The notes below the pieces were generated by a model, which had not been told where the DNA came from, did no database searches, and saw only the letters and a list, made by a program, of their open reading frames with translations. From Negaprion brevirostris (lineage: Eukaryota): DNA of 64,000 nt. The stretch covers positions 21,083,283 to 21,147,282 of the forward strand of contig JARDVH010000164.1 of assembly GCA_030324005.1 (NCBI GenBank). The letters run 5' to 3'. Position numbers and translations under genes: made by a program. This document shows, in pieces, positions 13,826 through 27,600 of the stretch. Each line of letters starts with the position of its first letter. The stretch's first letter is position 1.

Positions 13826-14839
13826 AGAATAAAAATATGAAGCTATTAAACTTGATTAACATTCCAGAAAATGTAATCATCCCTTCAAGCTGATTTGGCA
13901 ATAGAAAGGTGTTGCTCTCATCAGACAGCCGAGTCAGTACCCCCTAAACACATTCTTCCCAACTGTGAAATTAAATGTCATCCAGGTGCACATTCACGAT
14001 ATCAATATATTTTGCAGTGCCTTTTGTCTCACAATGGTCTTTGGAATCAAGAATAAAAGCGAAACATCTCCCCAGAAGGGCCACATTCAGCTTTTAACAA
14101 TTATAAATTGAATCCAAAACAAATTAGCAAACAAAGAAATTCTAGTCTAAATCCCCAAAATGCAATTCAGAAGATAAAAATTTAGTTCAATCATAGAATC
14201 TCAGAAGTATTGCAAACATAAGGATGTTGAATAAGCGTCCATAATTCAAGCACCACCTGTCAAAGAATTAGAAGTGGCAGGATTTTTGCCTGCAAATAAA
14301 AGAAAATCTTAACACTTTTCAGGTGGAAGAGTAGTAGAATCAGTTTAATCATTACAGTATTTAAACGTCAGCTTCTTTTTACAGCACATCCAAAATATCA
14401 AATAACAGGGTTGAATATCAGCTTTTCATATATTTGTTAACTTTTAATTTTTCGCATGTCAAGTGGCTACTAGTTATGCTCTTCAAGAATAAACATTTTT
14501 CCCCACTTTCAGGTGCCAACACTCTCCAGGTCTCAATTTGCATCTGCCTGTGTGGTTTGTACATTTAGGCAATATTTTCAGATCAACTTGCCAAGCACCG
14601 AAACATTAATCACAAGAACTTTTTTTTATATATACACTTACTCATTCACGAAACGTGGACATGAACTTAGCCAGCATTTATTTCCATTCGTTAACAGCCC
14701 TTCAGAAGATGGTCAGTGGTCACCTTGTTGAACTGTTGCAGTCCATCTACAATGCTGTTGGAAAGGGAGTTCCAGGCCTTTGACCCAGTGACAGTTAAGG
14801 AACACTGGTATCACTGAAGGCAGAATGGTGTTTGGCTCA

Positions 14840-15560
14840 GCGAGCAGAAGGGAATGAGTGACCAACAGACAGGTGAAGTTCAAAATGAGAAATGTGAGGC
14901 GATTCATTTTGGTAGGGGATGACAATATAAAATATGGGGTAAAATTCTGAAAGGGACGTATACATGCATATATTAAAGGTGACAGGAGAGGTGGAGAGAA
15001 CACACAATATCTTAGGCATTATTAATAGTGACAGAGTACAAGAGCTAGAAGATTATGCTGAATTTGCATAAGACACGAGTTAAACTTGACCTGGAGTACT
15101 GTGTACAGCTCTGGGTGCTAAACTATAGGAGGGATGTGACCACGGATGGGACATTATGAGGATCAGTCAGGGAAGTTGTGATTGCTCTCCTTGGAGGAGA
15201 TTCGACAGCTGTTCAAAATCATGAGTAAGCTGGAGAGAAGAAATAGGAAGAAACTGCACCAGCTCATAAAAGAATTGAGAATGAGTAGGCGCAGATTTAA
15301 AGTGATTTGCAAAAGAAGCAAATGTGAGGTGAGAAAAACATTCACACAGCGAGTAACTTGGTTCTGAAATGTATTGCTTCAAAGTGTGGTAGAAGCAGGT
15401 CCAATTGAGGCATTCATAGGGCACTATTTATTTACATTGAAATAATGTGCAGTTATAGGGGAAGGCAGTAGACTGGTACAAAATCATAATGCTCAAAGCA
15501 GCAGCACAGGCTCACTGCGTCAAATGGCCACCTTCTGCACTGTAACAATTCTGTGATTTG
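14840..15560 (+). mobile_element. CR1 LINE 3' fragment nested inside an antisense LINE remnant (~14630-16680)
   Basis: Translations such as RRRFKVICKRSKCEVRKTFTQRV; 3' tail ccttctgcactgtaacaattctgtgatt; the host sequence resumes afterwards. Confidence 0.7.
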
Positions 15561-16699
15561 CAGATGATACTCCTGTGCATCTGCTACCTTGGGCCCCTCA
15601 CCGTGACAGAGCTTCCCCCACCCTAATTCCCACTGAAACCAGTTTTGCTAGGGCTCCTTGATGCCATGCTTGGTCAAATGCTCTCTTAATGTCAAGAGCA
15701 GTCACACTCAGCTCACTTCTGCAGTTCAGCTCTTTGTCCACGTTTGACTGGGCTGTAATAAGGTCAGGAGCTCAGTGGCCGTGGTAGAGGCCAAAGAGCA
15801 TCAGGGAGCCCATTATTCTCATTAAGTATCACTTGACACCTTCCACCACTGAAGATCGAGAATAGATTGATGGGGCTGTACTTGGTGGGTTGGATTTGTC
15901 CCACTTTTTGTGGATAGGATATACCTAGGCAATATTCTATAATTCCAGGCAGCTGATGTTGTTGCTATACTGGAAGAACATGGGAGCACAGTTAGTCCTG
16001 GAGGACAAGTCTAAAGTTTACTCACCAGAATGTTATCAGGGACTTGGTAGCACTCAGTGCCTTAAGGCATTTCTTGATACCACACAAAATAAATCAAATA
16101 GGCCGAGGACCACGTGATGCTGGGGATCTCAAGGACAGAGAGATGGATCATCCACCCAGCACTTTCCAACTGAACATCGTTGCAAATGTTACAGCCTGAC
16201 TTTTGCACTGATGTGCTGGGCTCCTCCATTGAGGATGGGGATTCGTAGAGCCTCCCCCCATCAAAACCACAGCTTAATGGCAAAGGTGGAGTGAAATGTG
16301 TGTACGGCCATGAAGTTTCAAATTGTGTCTATCACAATTTTGCTAATGGCCCAGAAATGGCTTATGCATGGCCTGTTTTGGAACTGCCTGATGTATTCAA
16401 AATCTATCCATTTAGCACAATGGTAGCACCACACAACTCAGTGGTGGGTATCCTCAATACGAAGGTCACTCCTACCAATACTGCCATAGATTTAATTCAT
16501 TCGTAGCAGTTAAATTGGTGAGGAAGTAAGTTTTTCCCCCTCTTGGTTCCCTCACCACCTGCCACAGACCCAGTCTGGAAGCTACAGCCTTTAGTTATTA
16601 GTGGTGCTGCTAATCTTGATGCTGGATATTGAAGTCTCCCACCCAGTACAGTTTGTGCCTTTATTCAATTGTCCCCAGATATGGGGATTGATTCGGCTT

Positions 16700-17200
16700 C
16701 TCACACACGTACAGGACAGGAGGTTGCCATTGGGCCATCGAGTCTGCATCATTTCTTTCAAAAGATTAATCCAGTTTGTCTCACGTCTCTGCTCATTTCC
16801 CAATGCCTGCTTTTTTTTTTATCATTTTCATTTTGAAAGCAATCAGTGCATTTGGGTCTATCATCCCATTCGGCCATCCCATCACGTCAAATGATAACCA
16901 TCTGTTGAGCGTAAAGTTTTTTCCTTTAGCAATTCACTGACATCTGCTCATCAACCCTGCAAACACTACTATTTGTACTCTTGCCTGAACTCTTCATGAT
17001 CAATAACACCTTTATCAAATAAAATCATCTCTTAGATTTGTCTGCTCAAAGGGGAATAATCAGGTTCTCCAGCCAACTCATCGATTTGTAATCCCTCACC
17101 ACTGGAACCATTCTGGTAGTTCTCTTCTGTACCTGCCAAAAGCTTTCAAATCCTTCTTCAAGTGCCATGTCCATATATTTCAAAAGGTTTGGCACGACTT
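16700..17200 (-). mobile_element. Decayed CR1 3' fragment
   Basis: Starts with a reverse-complemented CR1 tail (acaggaggttgccattgggccatcgagtctg), followed by RT-like sequence. Confidence 0.55.
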
Positions 17201-18904
17201 GTGATTTTGAAAGTTGATCATAAGGCTTCCCTCACCTAAATAACCGTTTGTTTGGAAAGATTTCTGATGACCACCTCTTCAACACTTAAAAGTCCAAGCC
17301 CTAAAATTTATGTCTCCTCACTGCCAATTCATTTTCCAAAAATTAATTCACGGTTTGCCTGCTCAAACATTTGAACAGAATTAAATCTCTTCTACTTCTG
17401 ATCTCAACTGAACCCCGCACAAGCAGAGTTAGTATTAGTCAGTGTTTTCCATGTACAAATTTACTAACAATTGTCAGTAAATCCTGGCCTTTGCCCAATG
17501 ACAATTCCCCTCTCAATGATTTAAGCTAGAAATGTGCACAAGGGTTTGATCTGTTGCAGCAGCAACAGGGAGAAAGGATTCAGGAAAGTAAATAATACAA
17601 ATGGGAAGATGGAATTTGTTTCATTCGAAGAGCACTATATGAATACAACTTTCTTTTGCTTTATCTCCTTTTGTGGTGTGGTTATTATTTTGTTTTATGA
17701 CGCTTTTGTGATCTATCTTGGATATTTAGTTTTATTAAAGCTCACTAGTTGGCGAATCCGAATGAGTAACTATGCCTGAATGCAACCTAAAGCACGAGTT
17801 TAAGGAAATTAAAGTTTCAAGCCACTGGTTTCAACTCATTAAGTCCTAAATTTAGCATTTTGAGTGAACAGATGTAATATATGGGACAGGACAGTGTCCC
17901 ATCCAATTTCTAATCAGTACCAAGTGTGGCAATTGAGCCATTTTTATGTCAATCTTGGGTTTGATTATGTTGAGCAATGTACCAGTGACCAACAGGAAAG
18001 TCTGAGAACAAACTCTACTGAACTGGAACTCTGAATGGAGCACGAAAGCAAAGAATCATGAATGAATAGTTGGCAAAATCTACCAACTGAAGAGGTGGAG
18101 CCAGGGGAATTGCTTCTCTTCAATTGATTCCTTCTGCAATCATCTTGATTTTTCCACTCAATTAAGGCTCAGGGATAAGACCTATATGATGAACCTGTAA
18201 GGAGCACACAACTCATTCCCATGGCCAATATTTATCAAAAACCTCACCCTGCCACAGCAGGTAGAAACTTAGATTCAAACCCGAAGCGGTATTAGCCTGC
18301 AGTTTAAAAGACAATTACCGTATGATACATCACATCTATTACCCAGAAAACAAAAATTAAAGATGGAGAACCTCAATAAATATTTGCTCTGCTCTGCTCT
18401 TCGGTTTCTTTCTCTGCACCATTCCCAACAGAAGATTAAATATGCAATCTTTACACAAATCTCTGCCCAAATGTCCTCAGGTATTGTAGCTACTTAAAAT
18501 AAGTGAGAAAAAGTATGCTCACCAATTTCCTCATCATCCCTGGAGATGGAGGAAGGCAAATAAAGAGAAATAAGAGGCGAGAGGATTAAATAGCTTTCCG
18601 AATCAGAAGCAGTGTTTCACAGAAATAGGCTGATGGCTTTGCAGCTGCATATGACAAATAAAAATCATGTAAAAATGAATTGGTCAAAATTGGTACTGCC
18701 CCAAAGCATCTGTAGGGTAGAGTTAACAGCTAAAAATCAATGGACAAGACGTGGGAAAAAATCTACACTCGAAAAAAAAGCATTTCTCCATTGACATCAG
18801 CTAAGTATACTTATTGCACTTCAATTAGCTTGCACAACAGTTTTAAAAACAACACTTTATATTCAAGAAAACCAGTTTTCAGAATACTGTCTCTATCCAC
18901 CCAA

Positions 18905-19720
18905 AGCCATCAGTCTTCAAGGATGTCCGCCGAGGATCCATGTTTCACATCCCACTCGCTTGTCATGTATATGCGATCCCTCACGTTATTCCAAAGCATA
19001 GTGTTAGTTTTCATATCTGTACTCATGTCACCCCACTCTACCTCCTACTTGCTCTTCAGACCCCTCATTGTCGCAGACTGCTTTTCTGCGAGTGTGCAGA
19101 AAATTCTTCCAATTAAATAATGGGAGAACTGAAACTATGGTTTTCCCTTTTGAATTCTTTTCACAACTCACCAATTCCATCCCTCTNNNNNNNNNNNNNN
19201 NNNNNNNNNNNNNNNNNNNNNNCAACCTTGGCATTATACTTCGCCAAAATGAGTGTTGCCACATACTTATGCCATTAACAAGACAACCTATTTATCTCCA
19301 CATCACTGCCTGACAGCCTGCCTCTCAGCTTGTCTGTTACCAAAATCCTTATTTGTTCTTTTGTTACTTCTAGATTTGACTCTCCCAACACTGGCTTGTC
19401 TCCCATATTCTACTCTCTGTAAACTGTCATCCAAAACTTGTATTTCCTCCAGCCCATAACCCTCAAGAGGTATTTGTGGCTCTTCTAATTCTGGTCTTTT
19501 GTGCATCCCTAATTTGAACTGCTCTACCACTGGTGACTGTTGCCCAGACCCTAGGTTCTGAAATTTGCACCCGACATTCTCACCACAGTTTCCTCAAGAC
19601 ACTTTCTAAAAATCCAATTTCTTGATGAAGCTTTCAGTCATCTGACTAATTATCTCCTTATGCGGGTGTCACATCTTGCTTTACTATGCTCCTGTGAAGT
19701 GCTAGAGGACATCTAACGAC
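18905..19720 (+). mobile_element. L2-clade LINE RT 3' fragment
   Basis: Frameshifted L2-like translation: ...RKFFQLNNGRTETMVF...NLGIIL...AINKTTYL...FVTSRFD. Confidence 0.7.
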
Positions 19721-20019
19721 AATGAAAGGGTATGTGAAGAAACAGGAGACTAAGCTCGAGTGAAATGCAGACAAAGTTAAGAGTGAATCAAGTTCACAAG
19801 AGTCTTTCAGGTTAAAGAGTCAAGCTCTGAAATAGAACTAGCAACTCTCAGTGGGGAATTGTTTGGGGGGGCGGCAGCGGCAATTATCTGTCCATCAATT
19901 GAAATTAGTTGGTTCAACTGGCATTAAGCCTGTGATTTTATCAGGCGGTTTATGCAAGAAGACAGGCTTATCAAACTGCACAAAATCAGGCAAGTAGGGT
20001 AAAGTTGCTATAGTTGTAA

Positions 20020-20222
20020 ACTGCCTTAGGATGCTCTTTCCCTTTAAGAGTTAACTGGTGATGATTTTAATGTGAACAATACCACACCTCAAGCAAGGAG
20101 CAAGTTTGAGAAGGGCAGGGGCTCATGAATAATCTCAGCCATTACAGGAATTGAACCCATACTGTTGGTGTCACTATGCATCCCAAACCAGCCATCCAGG
20201 CAACTGAACTAACCGACTCTCC
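20020..20222 (-). mobile_element. tRNA-derived SINE (third family)
   Basis: ggaattgaaccc (reverse B-box) ...ccagccatccag-caactgaactaacc; a related copy lies at 54290-54470. Confidence 0.55.
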
Positions 20223-20476
20223 AACAATCAGTAAGGAGCACACAAGACGGGAGACTACACCTGGGTGAGGAGACTAAGTGAGCAGCAAGTGAAATACACG
20301 TAGTATGTGAATGCACGGGGGAAAAAAAGAGCGGCTGTAAAAGGACATTGCATCTCATAACCTGTGTTAAGTATTCACTGGATTTATCAATACCACTAAG
20401 GTTTATCTGTGTTGATGGTTTATTAAGTTAAGGTCAAGTATAATTAATACAAACAAACCAAACTTTATCAATGAAG

Positions 20477-20815
20477 TTTTGATTTGATATGTTATTGTCA
20501 CACATTAACATCGCGAAAAGTATTGTTTCTTGCGTGCCATACAGACAAAGCATAACGTTCGTAGAGAAGGAAACGAGAGACAGTGCAGAATGTAGCATTA
20601 TAGTCATACCTAGGGTGTAGAGAAAGAACAATTTAATGCAAGGTCGGTCCATTCCGAAGTCTGACAGCAGCAGTGAAGAAGCTGTTCTCGAGTTGGTTGG
20701 TATGTGATCTCAGACTTCTGTATCTTTTTCCCGAAGGAAGAAGGTGGAACAGATCATGTCCAGGATGTGTGGGGTCATTAGTTATGCTGGCTGCTTTGCC
20801 AAGGCAGCATTAAGT
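20477..20815 (-). mobile_element. Rex1/Babar-like LINE 3' end
   Basis: (GATTT)n-type tail and conserved 3' sequence shared with two other copies in the window. Confidence 0.65.
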
Positions 20816-23027
20816 GTTTTAAATTGTGACACGGCCAGGCAGCTTGATCATATTGAATTTGTGTCCTGTAACATGTAGAAAGTCTCAGATACTACCTTTG
20901 GCACAGATAATCACACATGCAGAAAGTATAACCAGCTGCAGGAATTCTAGCTCCAGGTTTCAGATCTCAAACGGGAGTTACAATCACAATGGTGCATCCG
21001 TGTGGGTGACAGCTATTTGGATAGCATCATTCAGGGAGTGGTCACACTGCAGGGTAGAAGCAGTACAAAAGGAATGGGTGACTGCCAGGCAGCCCAAGAG
21101 AACCAAGCAGGATATGCAAGTCCTCCAAGGTCCTGCTGGCGATTTTGCTTTGGGTGCTTGATGTTAGTTCCTCACAGGAGTGCAGTCAGATCCAAGTTTG
21201 TGGTATCACGAGTGGCTCGGCTTTAAGGGAGGAGAGGAAGAAGAGAGAAGAGCAGCAGTTGTAGGGAAGCTATGAATTAGAGGAAAAGGCAGGCACTTCG
21301 AAAGACATGACTTAAGGATGGCATCTTGCCTCCCTGGTGCCAGGGTCATGGACATCATCAGACTGCANNNNNNNNNNNNNNNNNNNNNNNNNNNNNNNNN
21401 NNNNNNNNNNNNNNNNNNNNNNNNNNNNNNNNNNNNNNNNNNNNNNNNNNNNNNNNNNNNNNNNNNNAGGCAGGCACTTCGAAAGACATGACTGAAGGAT
21501 GGCATCTTGCCTCCCTGGTGCCAGGGTCATGGACATCATCAGACTGCAACACAGTATTGTGAAGGATGGGGGTGCACAGCCAGAAGTCATGCTCCACATT
21601 GGTACCAATGACAGGTTAACAAAAGGATGAGGCCCTGCAGGGTGAAGTTAACAAGTTAGGGAAAGGTAGGATTCTCCAGATCACTCCTGAAGCTAAGTAT
21701 AGAAATACATGACCAGATGAAAGTACGGCTGGCAAGATGGTGCAGTCAGGGGATTCCTGCGTAAGGTGGGGTCTGTAAGAGCCAAGCAATCTACACCTGA
21801 AGCAGACCAATGTCCTGTCAGGGAAATTGCTAGCTTTGCTTTGGAAGGTCTAAACTAAATTGGCAGGGGAATGCAAACCCAAGGGCAGATTCTTATAGGA
21901 CAAATTCAGAGCAGAAGACAGAAAATTAGTGAGTAACTTTGCAAGACAGAAGTAGCAAGGATTTGGAATCGTACAGCACAGGAATTTGGCAACGTTACAG
22001 GGTATATATTTAAATACAAGAAGAATAGCGAACAAAACCAATGAGTCGAGGGCACAGACAGACACATGGCAGAATGATATCAATGCTCTGACAGAAACTT
22101 GGCTTAAATAGGACACAAATTGGCAGCTTAACATCTCTGAACACAGGGTGTTCAGACAGGATAGAGAGGGGGCTAAAAAAGATGGGGGAGTAGCATTTTT
22201 GGTTAAAGCGTCAATTACAGTTGTCAGGAGGAATGACATGCTCAATTATCCTCGCATGTGGCCAAATGGGTTGAGCTCAGGAATAGAAAAGGGGCAGTGA
22301 CACGACAAGCAACATTCAATAGATTCCCAAATGTAGAGGAAGACAGAACAGAAAAATGTGAGCAAATGTCTGAGTGCAAAGCTAATAAGATAATACAAAT
22401 ACAAAATTGCCACTGAAATCTGCATTAACAGAAGTGCTTGAACCTTCATCTATCTCAAGGAATGCAGTTGTTTCTGGTGAACAAAACATGATAGAAGTTC
22501 ATGTTTTCCTGCCTGATTAAGTCTTTTTTAAAAAAGTAGCATCGTCTCCGAAAGACTGAATATCACTGAGGATGTCACAAATAATCAAAAGAAGGGTGAT
22601 GATGAAAGAAGTACTAATCAAGTTGAGTCTGCCACCCTAATATGCATTGAGATACAAACAATATGAGAGGTAAAGATCAACTGCATTCAAAGGAACCTTT
22701 TTAGCCAGCACAAGCCAAATGAGAGGGAGCACACACAATTCTAGATTTAAATCTTAGGAAATGAAGCTGAACAAGTGGGTGACATAATTAAGAAAAAATA
22801 TAAAAGAAAAGGACTAAACATTCTGAAGGAAGTCAGTGACAGACCAGTGGGAGGCATTCAAAATGAGATTCTACAGATAGGGTAGGCGTGTCTCCATTAA
22901 GGAAAAGATGGTATTGCCAAATTTGAGCCCTTTGGTTATCTGGAAGCAAAGGGAGGAATGTAAAGTAGAAAAAGAAAGCTTACAACAGTCAAAAAAATTA
23001 TTAGAAAGCCTGGATGAGTATAGGAAA

Positions 23028-23445
23028 CATGTGGAGATGCCAGCATTGGACTGAAGTAAACACAGTAAGAAGTCTCACAACACCAGGTTAAAGTCCAACA
23101 GGTTTATTTGGTAGCAAAAGCCACTGGCTTTCAGAGCACTGCTCCTTCACCAGGTAAGTGGGAGTTGTGTTCACAAACAGGTCATATAAAAACACAAACT
23201 CAATTTACAAAATAATGGTGGGAATGCGAGTCTTTACTGGTAATCAAGTCTTAAAGGTANNNNNNNNNNNNNNNNNNNNNNNNNNNNNNNNNNNNNNNNN
23301 NNNNNNNNNNNNNNNNNNNNNNNNNNNNNNNNNNNNNNNNNNNNNNNNNNNNGACGAAGGAGCAACGCGTGCTCAGAAAGCTCGTGGCTTTCGCTACCAA
23401 ATAAATCTGTTGGACTTTAAACTGGTGTTGAGAGACTTCTTACCA
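23028..23445. mobile_element. Palindromic Penelope-derived element with hammerhead-like cores, inserted in the CR1
   Basis: Inverted arms ~23065-23155 and ~23353-23443; same family as 43718-43939; imperfect flanking duplication agtatag(g)aaa at 23017-23027 and 23446-23455. Confidence 0.75.
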
Positions 23446-23679
23446 AGTATAGAAAGTACAAGGGTGAAGTAAAAAATGAAAATCACAAGAGCAGCAAGAG
23501 GACAAGAAAGAATACTGGCAGTTGAAATTAAGGAAAAGCCAAAGGTGTTTCAGCAAAACAAAGAGCAAGAAAATAACAAAGGAAAGTTTAGAGCCTTGGT
23601 GCATTGGTGATGTGGACAACCCTTCTCAATGAGTACCTTTCTCCACAAAGCAAAGGGTTGATGCAGATATTCTAGTTGA

Positions 23680-24490
23680 TTCATAAACATTTACAGCACA
23701 GGAGGCTGCCATTTGGCCTGTCCTGTTCAAACTGGTCAAAGATCTGGCTGCACGAATCCTAATCTTTTCCACACACTCTCCAGAACAATCACATCCCTCC
23801 TACAATGTGCACACAGTACTTGAGTTTTCACTGTGGCATAACTGGTGTTTACACTGTTGCACTCCACTCTTGTAGTGTCCCACATTAACCACCTTTGTCC
23901 TGTCACCTTTGAGATGTGTGAGTATGCACCTGAAGCTCCCTCAGTACTCTTCAGATTCCTATCATTCCTAGTTTAATTCTTCAGCTGTTAGCTCTCCCAA
24001 GTGCATTACCTCAACACTTTTCTTGGTTGAGTTCCATTTGCCACTTCTTTTCCTACCTGACCAGTCCATTGATATCCTCCTCATTACTTACTAGCCGACC
24101 AATTTCCATGTCATCCGCAAGCTTCTTGATCATACCCATTACATTTGAGGTTGAATTATTAATGTAAATTATAAACAGCAATTAGACTCAGCACCAGGTT
24201 CTGCAGAATTCCATTAACATAAACATCCCTCGACCACCACCCTGTTTCCTGCCTCTCAGCCAATTCTGGATCCAATGCATCACTTCGCCTTAGAACCCAC
24301 TGGCCTTTACTTTCTTGACCAGTCTGCCTTGAAGGACCTTATCATATAGACCATAGCAAATGCATTACCCTCATCAAAATCCTGGTTATCTTCTTAAAGA
24401 AACGTTTCAATTAAGTTTGTCAAACATGATCTTCCCTTAACAAATCCATGCTGACTACCCTCATTAAATCTCTGTATATTCCAGTGCAGA
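23680..24490 (-). mobile_element. Antisense CR1 RT/3' fragment nested within the sense CR1
   Basis: Minus-strand translation EGSQHGFVKGRSCLTNLIE; reverse-complemented 3' tail near 23685. Confidence 0.8.
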
Positions 24491-27019
24491 TATATGCTTT
24501 CTAATAACTTGGCATAGTAATGCCTCCTTAATGGTGAGCAGAATGAACTATTAGCTATAAGCATAACAAGGGAAGTAGTGACATCTCTGAAGATGGATAA
24601 AGCACCAGGGCAGGATGAATTGCATCCCAGGCTGTTCAAGGAAGCCGGGGAGGAACTAACAGATATCCTGAGGATCATTTTTCAATCCTCACGAGATACA
24701 GGTGAAGCAGAAGCAGATTGGAAGTCAGCAATTGTCACATTATTGTTTAAGAAGGGTGCGAGGGATAGGTCAAATAATTGTTCCAGTCAGTCTGATGTGG
24801 GTGGTTAACATATTATTGGAATCAATTCTGAGAGCCAGGATAAACTTCCACTCAGAAAGGCAAGGATTTATCAGGCACAGTCAGTGCGGTTTGTTAAAGG
24901 AAAGCAGCACCTTACAAACTTAACTGAATTTTTTTTCTGCAAATATCAAGCAGGGCAGAAGGAAAATCAATGACAGTAGTGCAATGCATGTTGGCGACAT
25001 GGATTTTAGAAAGGCATCTGACAAGGTCTCACATAACAGACTGGTCAGAAAAGTAAAACTCCATGGGATACAAGGCAATGTGATGAGTTGGATCCAAAAT
25101 TGGCCCAGTGACAATAAATGTAGGATTGACAAATGCTTTAGCGAATGGGAAGGTGTCTCCAGTGGCATTCAGAGCTCACTATTGGGTTCTCGGCTGTTTT
25201 TTATATATTCATGATTTGGTCTTATCTGACAGGCATGATTGGGAAATTTGCAAATGACACAAAAGTCACCTGTGTAGTTCATAGTGAAGAGGACAGCTGT
25301 AGACTCCAGAATGAAATTAATGGACAGAAAAGTGGCAAATGGAATTCAATCTAGAGAAATGAGGGTGTACTCAATTTTGGGGAAGAAAAACAAGGAAATA
25401 CACAATAAATTGGAAGACATTGAGAGGGTAGAGGAAGTCAGAGGCTCTTGAGTGCATGTCCACAGGTCACTGAAGGTGGCAGGACAGACAGATACACTGG
25501 TAATGGTGGCATATGGAATAAACAAAGAATAAAACTCTTTACTACATAAGTAAAGGATTCAAAAGCAGGACATAATGCTTGAACTGTGTAAAATGCTGCT
25601 TAGGCCACTGGTGGAATTTTGCATACAGTTCTAGTCACCACATGACAGCAAGGACATAATTTCTCCAGAGACAGTGCAGAAGAGTTTCACAAGAATGTTG
25701 CCAGGACTGAAAAATTGTAGCTGTGGGGAAAGTTCATGTAGGCTTGGGTTGTTTTTCTCAGAACAGAGAAGTGACTTGATTGAGATGGACAAAATTATGA
25801 GGGGCCTAGTTAGAGTAGGCAGGGAAGACAGTTTCCTCTAATGGAGATGTCAATTTCCAGGGGGCACAGGTTTAAAGTGACTGACAGAAGATACTAGTTA
25901 GTAAAAACTTTTTCATCCAGAGGAAGGTCAGTATCTGGAATTCAGTGCTCAGATTGTGGTCGAGGGAGGAACGCTCAACATATTTAAATGATATCGAGAT
26001 CTGCACCTCAAGTGTAGTAACTTGCAAGGCTATGGACAGAGTGCTGGAAGGTGGGATGAGAACAAGCAACGAGTTTACTTCCTCAGCTGGCACAAACACG
26101 ATGTACTTAAAGACCTACTTCTGTGCTGCAGATTTTTTATGGTTAAACGTGCTACACAAGTTGTTGTTGGTGAGGGTTAAAAATATTCAATATACAAAAT
26201 GTTTGTCAAAATCTAAAACTAAACCACAAGCTAGAAGCTGCTGCAGCATTTTGAATACTTTTACTTCACAAATAAGCAAAATTGTGCATGTAAAAAAAAT
26301 TCATTCACATTTAATTAGCCCTGTGTTGTGGCACCCGTTTACAAGAACACATTTACTGGAAATGGAAACTACTTTCAGTTTTCCAAGTGGCCTGAAAAGT
26401 TGATCCTGCAACTGAATGGAGTCAGTATTGAAATATACATGACCAACTTGCCTGCCACATTGCTCACCAGCTGATCTTGGGTCAGAGGACGTTTGGTCCC
26501 TTAAGCTCTTAAGGCCATTGTTGTGAAAGACAAACATACAGCGACCAAAACATTGCTGAGCTCAAGGAACTTGGTATGTTTACACACTTAACACTGATTC
26601 CAGGATGATCCTTTAAACTAGTCATTTCCCACAGCGCTAACCACAACTTTGTAAGCAAAAGGTGCATTTTACCACATAATGCAGAATATATACTTATGTG
26701 AAGGTGAAGCCTGTAATTGAAAATATATTAAATTGACAACTAGAATATCTCTAACTACTCACCGCATAATATGCACCATGAGTCTATCCAAAATCCAGCC
26801 TCAGTCATTTGACTTTGGGGCCCAATTGGAGATAGAGGTTTACCTCAGAATAATTAACTAGACAATACTTGCCATAAGCAATAACACACAAGCTGAGGGA
26901 AGGTAATACTTTGTGCATTCTCTCAGTCACCACAGATGCACCAGTGACATGATCCACAGTGGCTCTAAAAGGGCATTTTTCAATCTGTGTTTCTTGCTTG
27001 AAAAAAAATGCAAAGCATG

Positions 27020-27600
27020 ACACACAATTAGTAGACGACCATTCAGCCCATCAAGCCTGCTCCACATTCGATACAATCATGTTTGATCTAATTCTATCCT
27101 CAACTCCACTTTACCATCCATCTCCCATAAACCTTTTAATCTCGTCAACCAAAAATCACGCAACTCAGCCTTGCAATATATTCAATGGCGAGGCCTCCAT
27201 TGCTGGATTGGGGAAAACAATTCCTCAGTCTAATGACGCTCCATGAAAAAAAAATTCTCTAGCTCGTTCATAAAAATGAGTCCCTGATTTTTAAACTGCA
27301 TCTAATTCCCGACTCCCCTCGACAAGAATAAATATCGTCTCAGCATCCACTCTCAACTCTCCTGAGGATCTGAGTTTCAACAATATCTCCTTTTCAACTC
27401 CAATGGGTACAGGCTCAACTTTTGTTCATAAGATAACTACTTCATCCCAGGAATCAATTGGAGTGAACCTTCTGAGTTGTTTGGAATGCAATTTCATTCA
27501 GCAACTGGCCTCCTGAGGCCAATTACAGCTGCTGCAATACTTCCTTAATTTTATACTCTTTCACTTGCAATAAACACCAACATTTCATTTGCCTTCCACC
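27020..27600 (-). mobile_element. CR1 3' fragment
   Basis: Reverse-complemented 3'UTR (gaccattcagcccatcaagcctgctcc...aatcatg) followed by RT-like sequence. Confidence 0.7.

Larger units (their letters stand above)
20830..26135 (+). mobile_element. Near full-length decayed CR1 LINE (ORF1 esterase, ORF2 endonuclease and RT) with nested insertions
   Basis: ORF1 esterase-like (AAVVG...LPGARV...QPEVMLHIGTND, ~21250-21615). APE endonuclease (IYLNTRRIANK...ALTETWL...RVFRQDREG..GGVA, ~22000-22240). RT (DKAPGQDELHPRLFKE; DFRKASDKVSHNRL; KFANDTK, ~24580-25270). 3' tail near 26120. Many stops and frameshifts. Confidence 0.85.

Noticed and set aside
21288-21547. 80-bp direct repeat flanking a 100-N gap
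   Set aside because: The copies differ by one base and abut a round-number gap, so this is an unmerged contig or haplotype overlap rather than a biological duplication.
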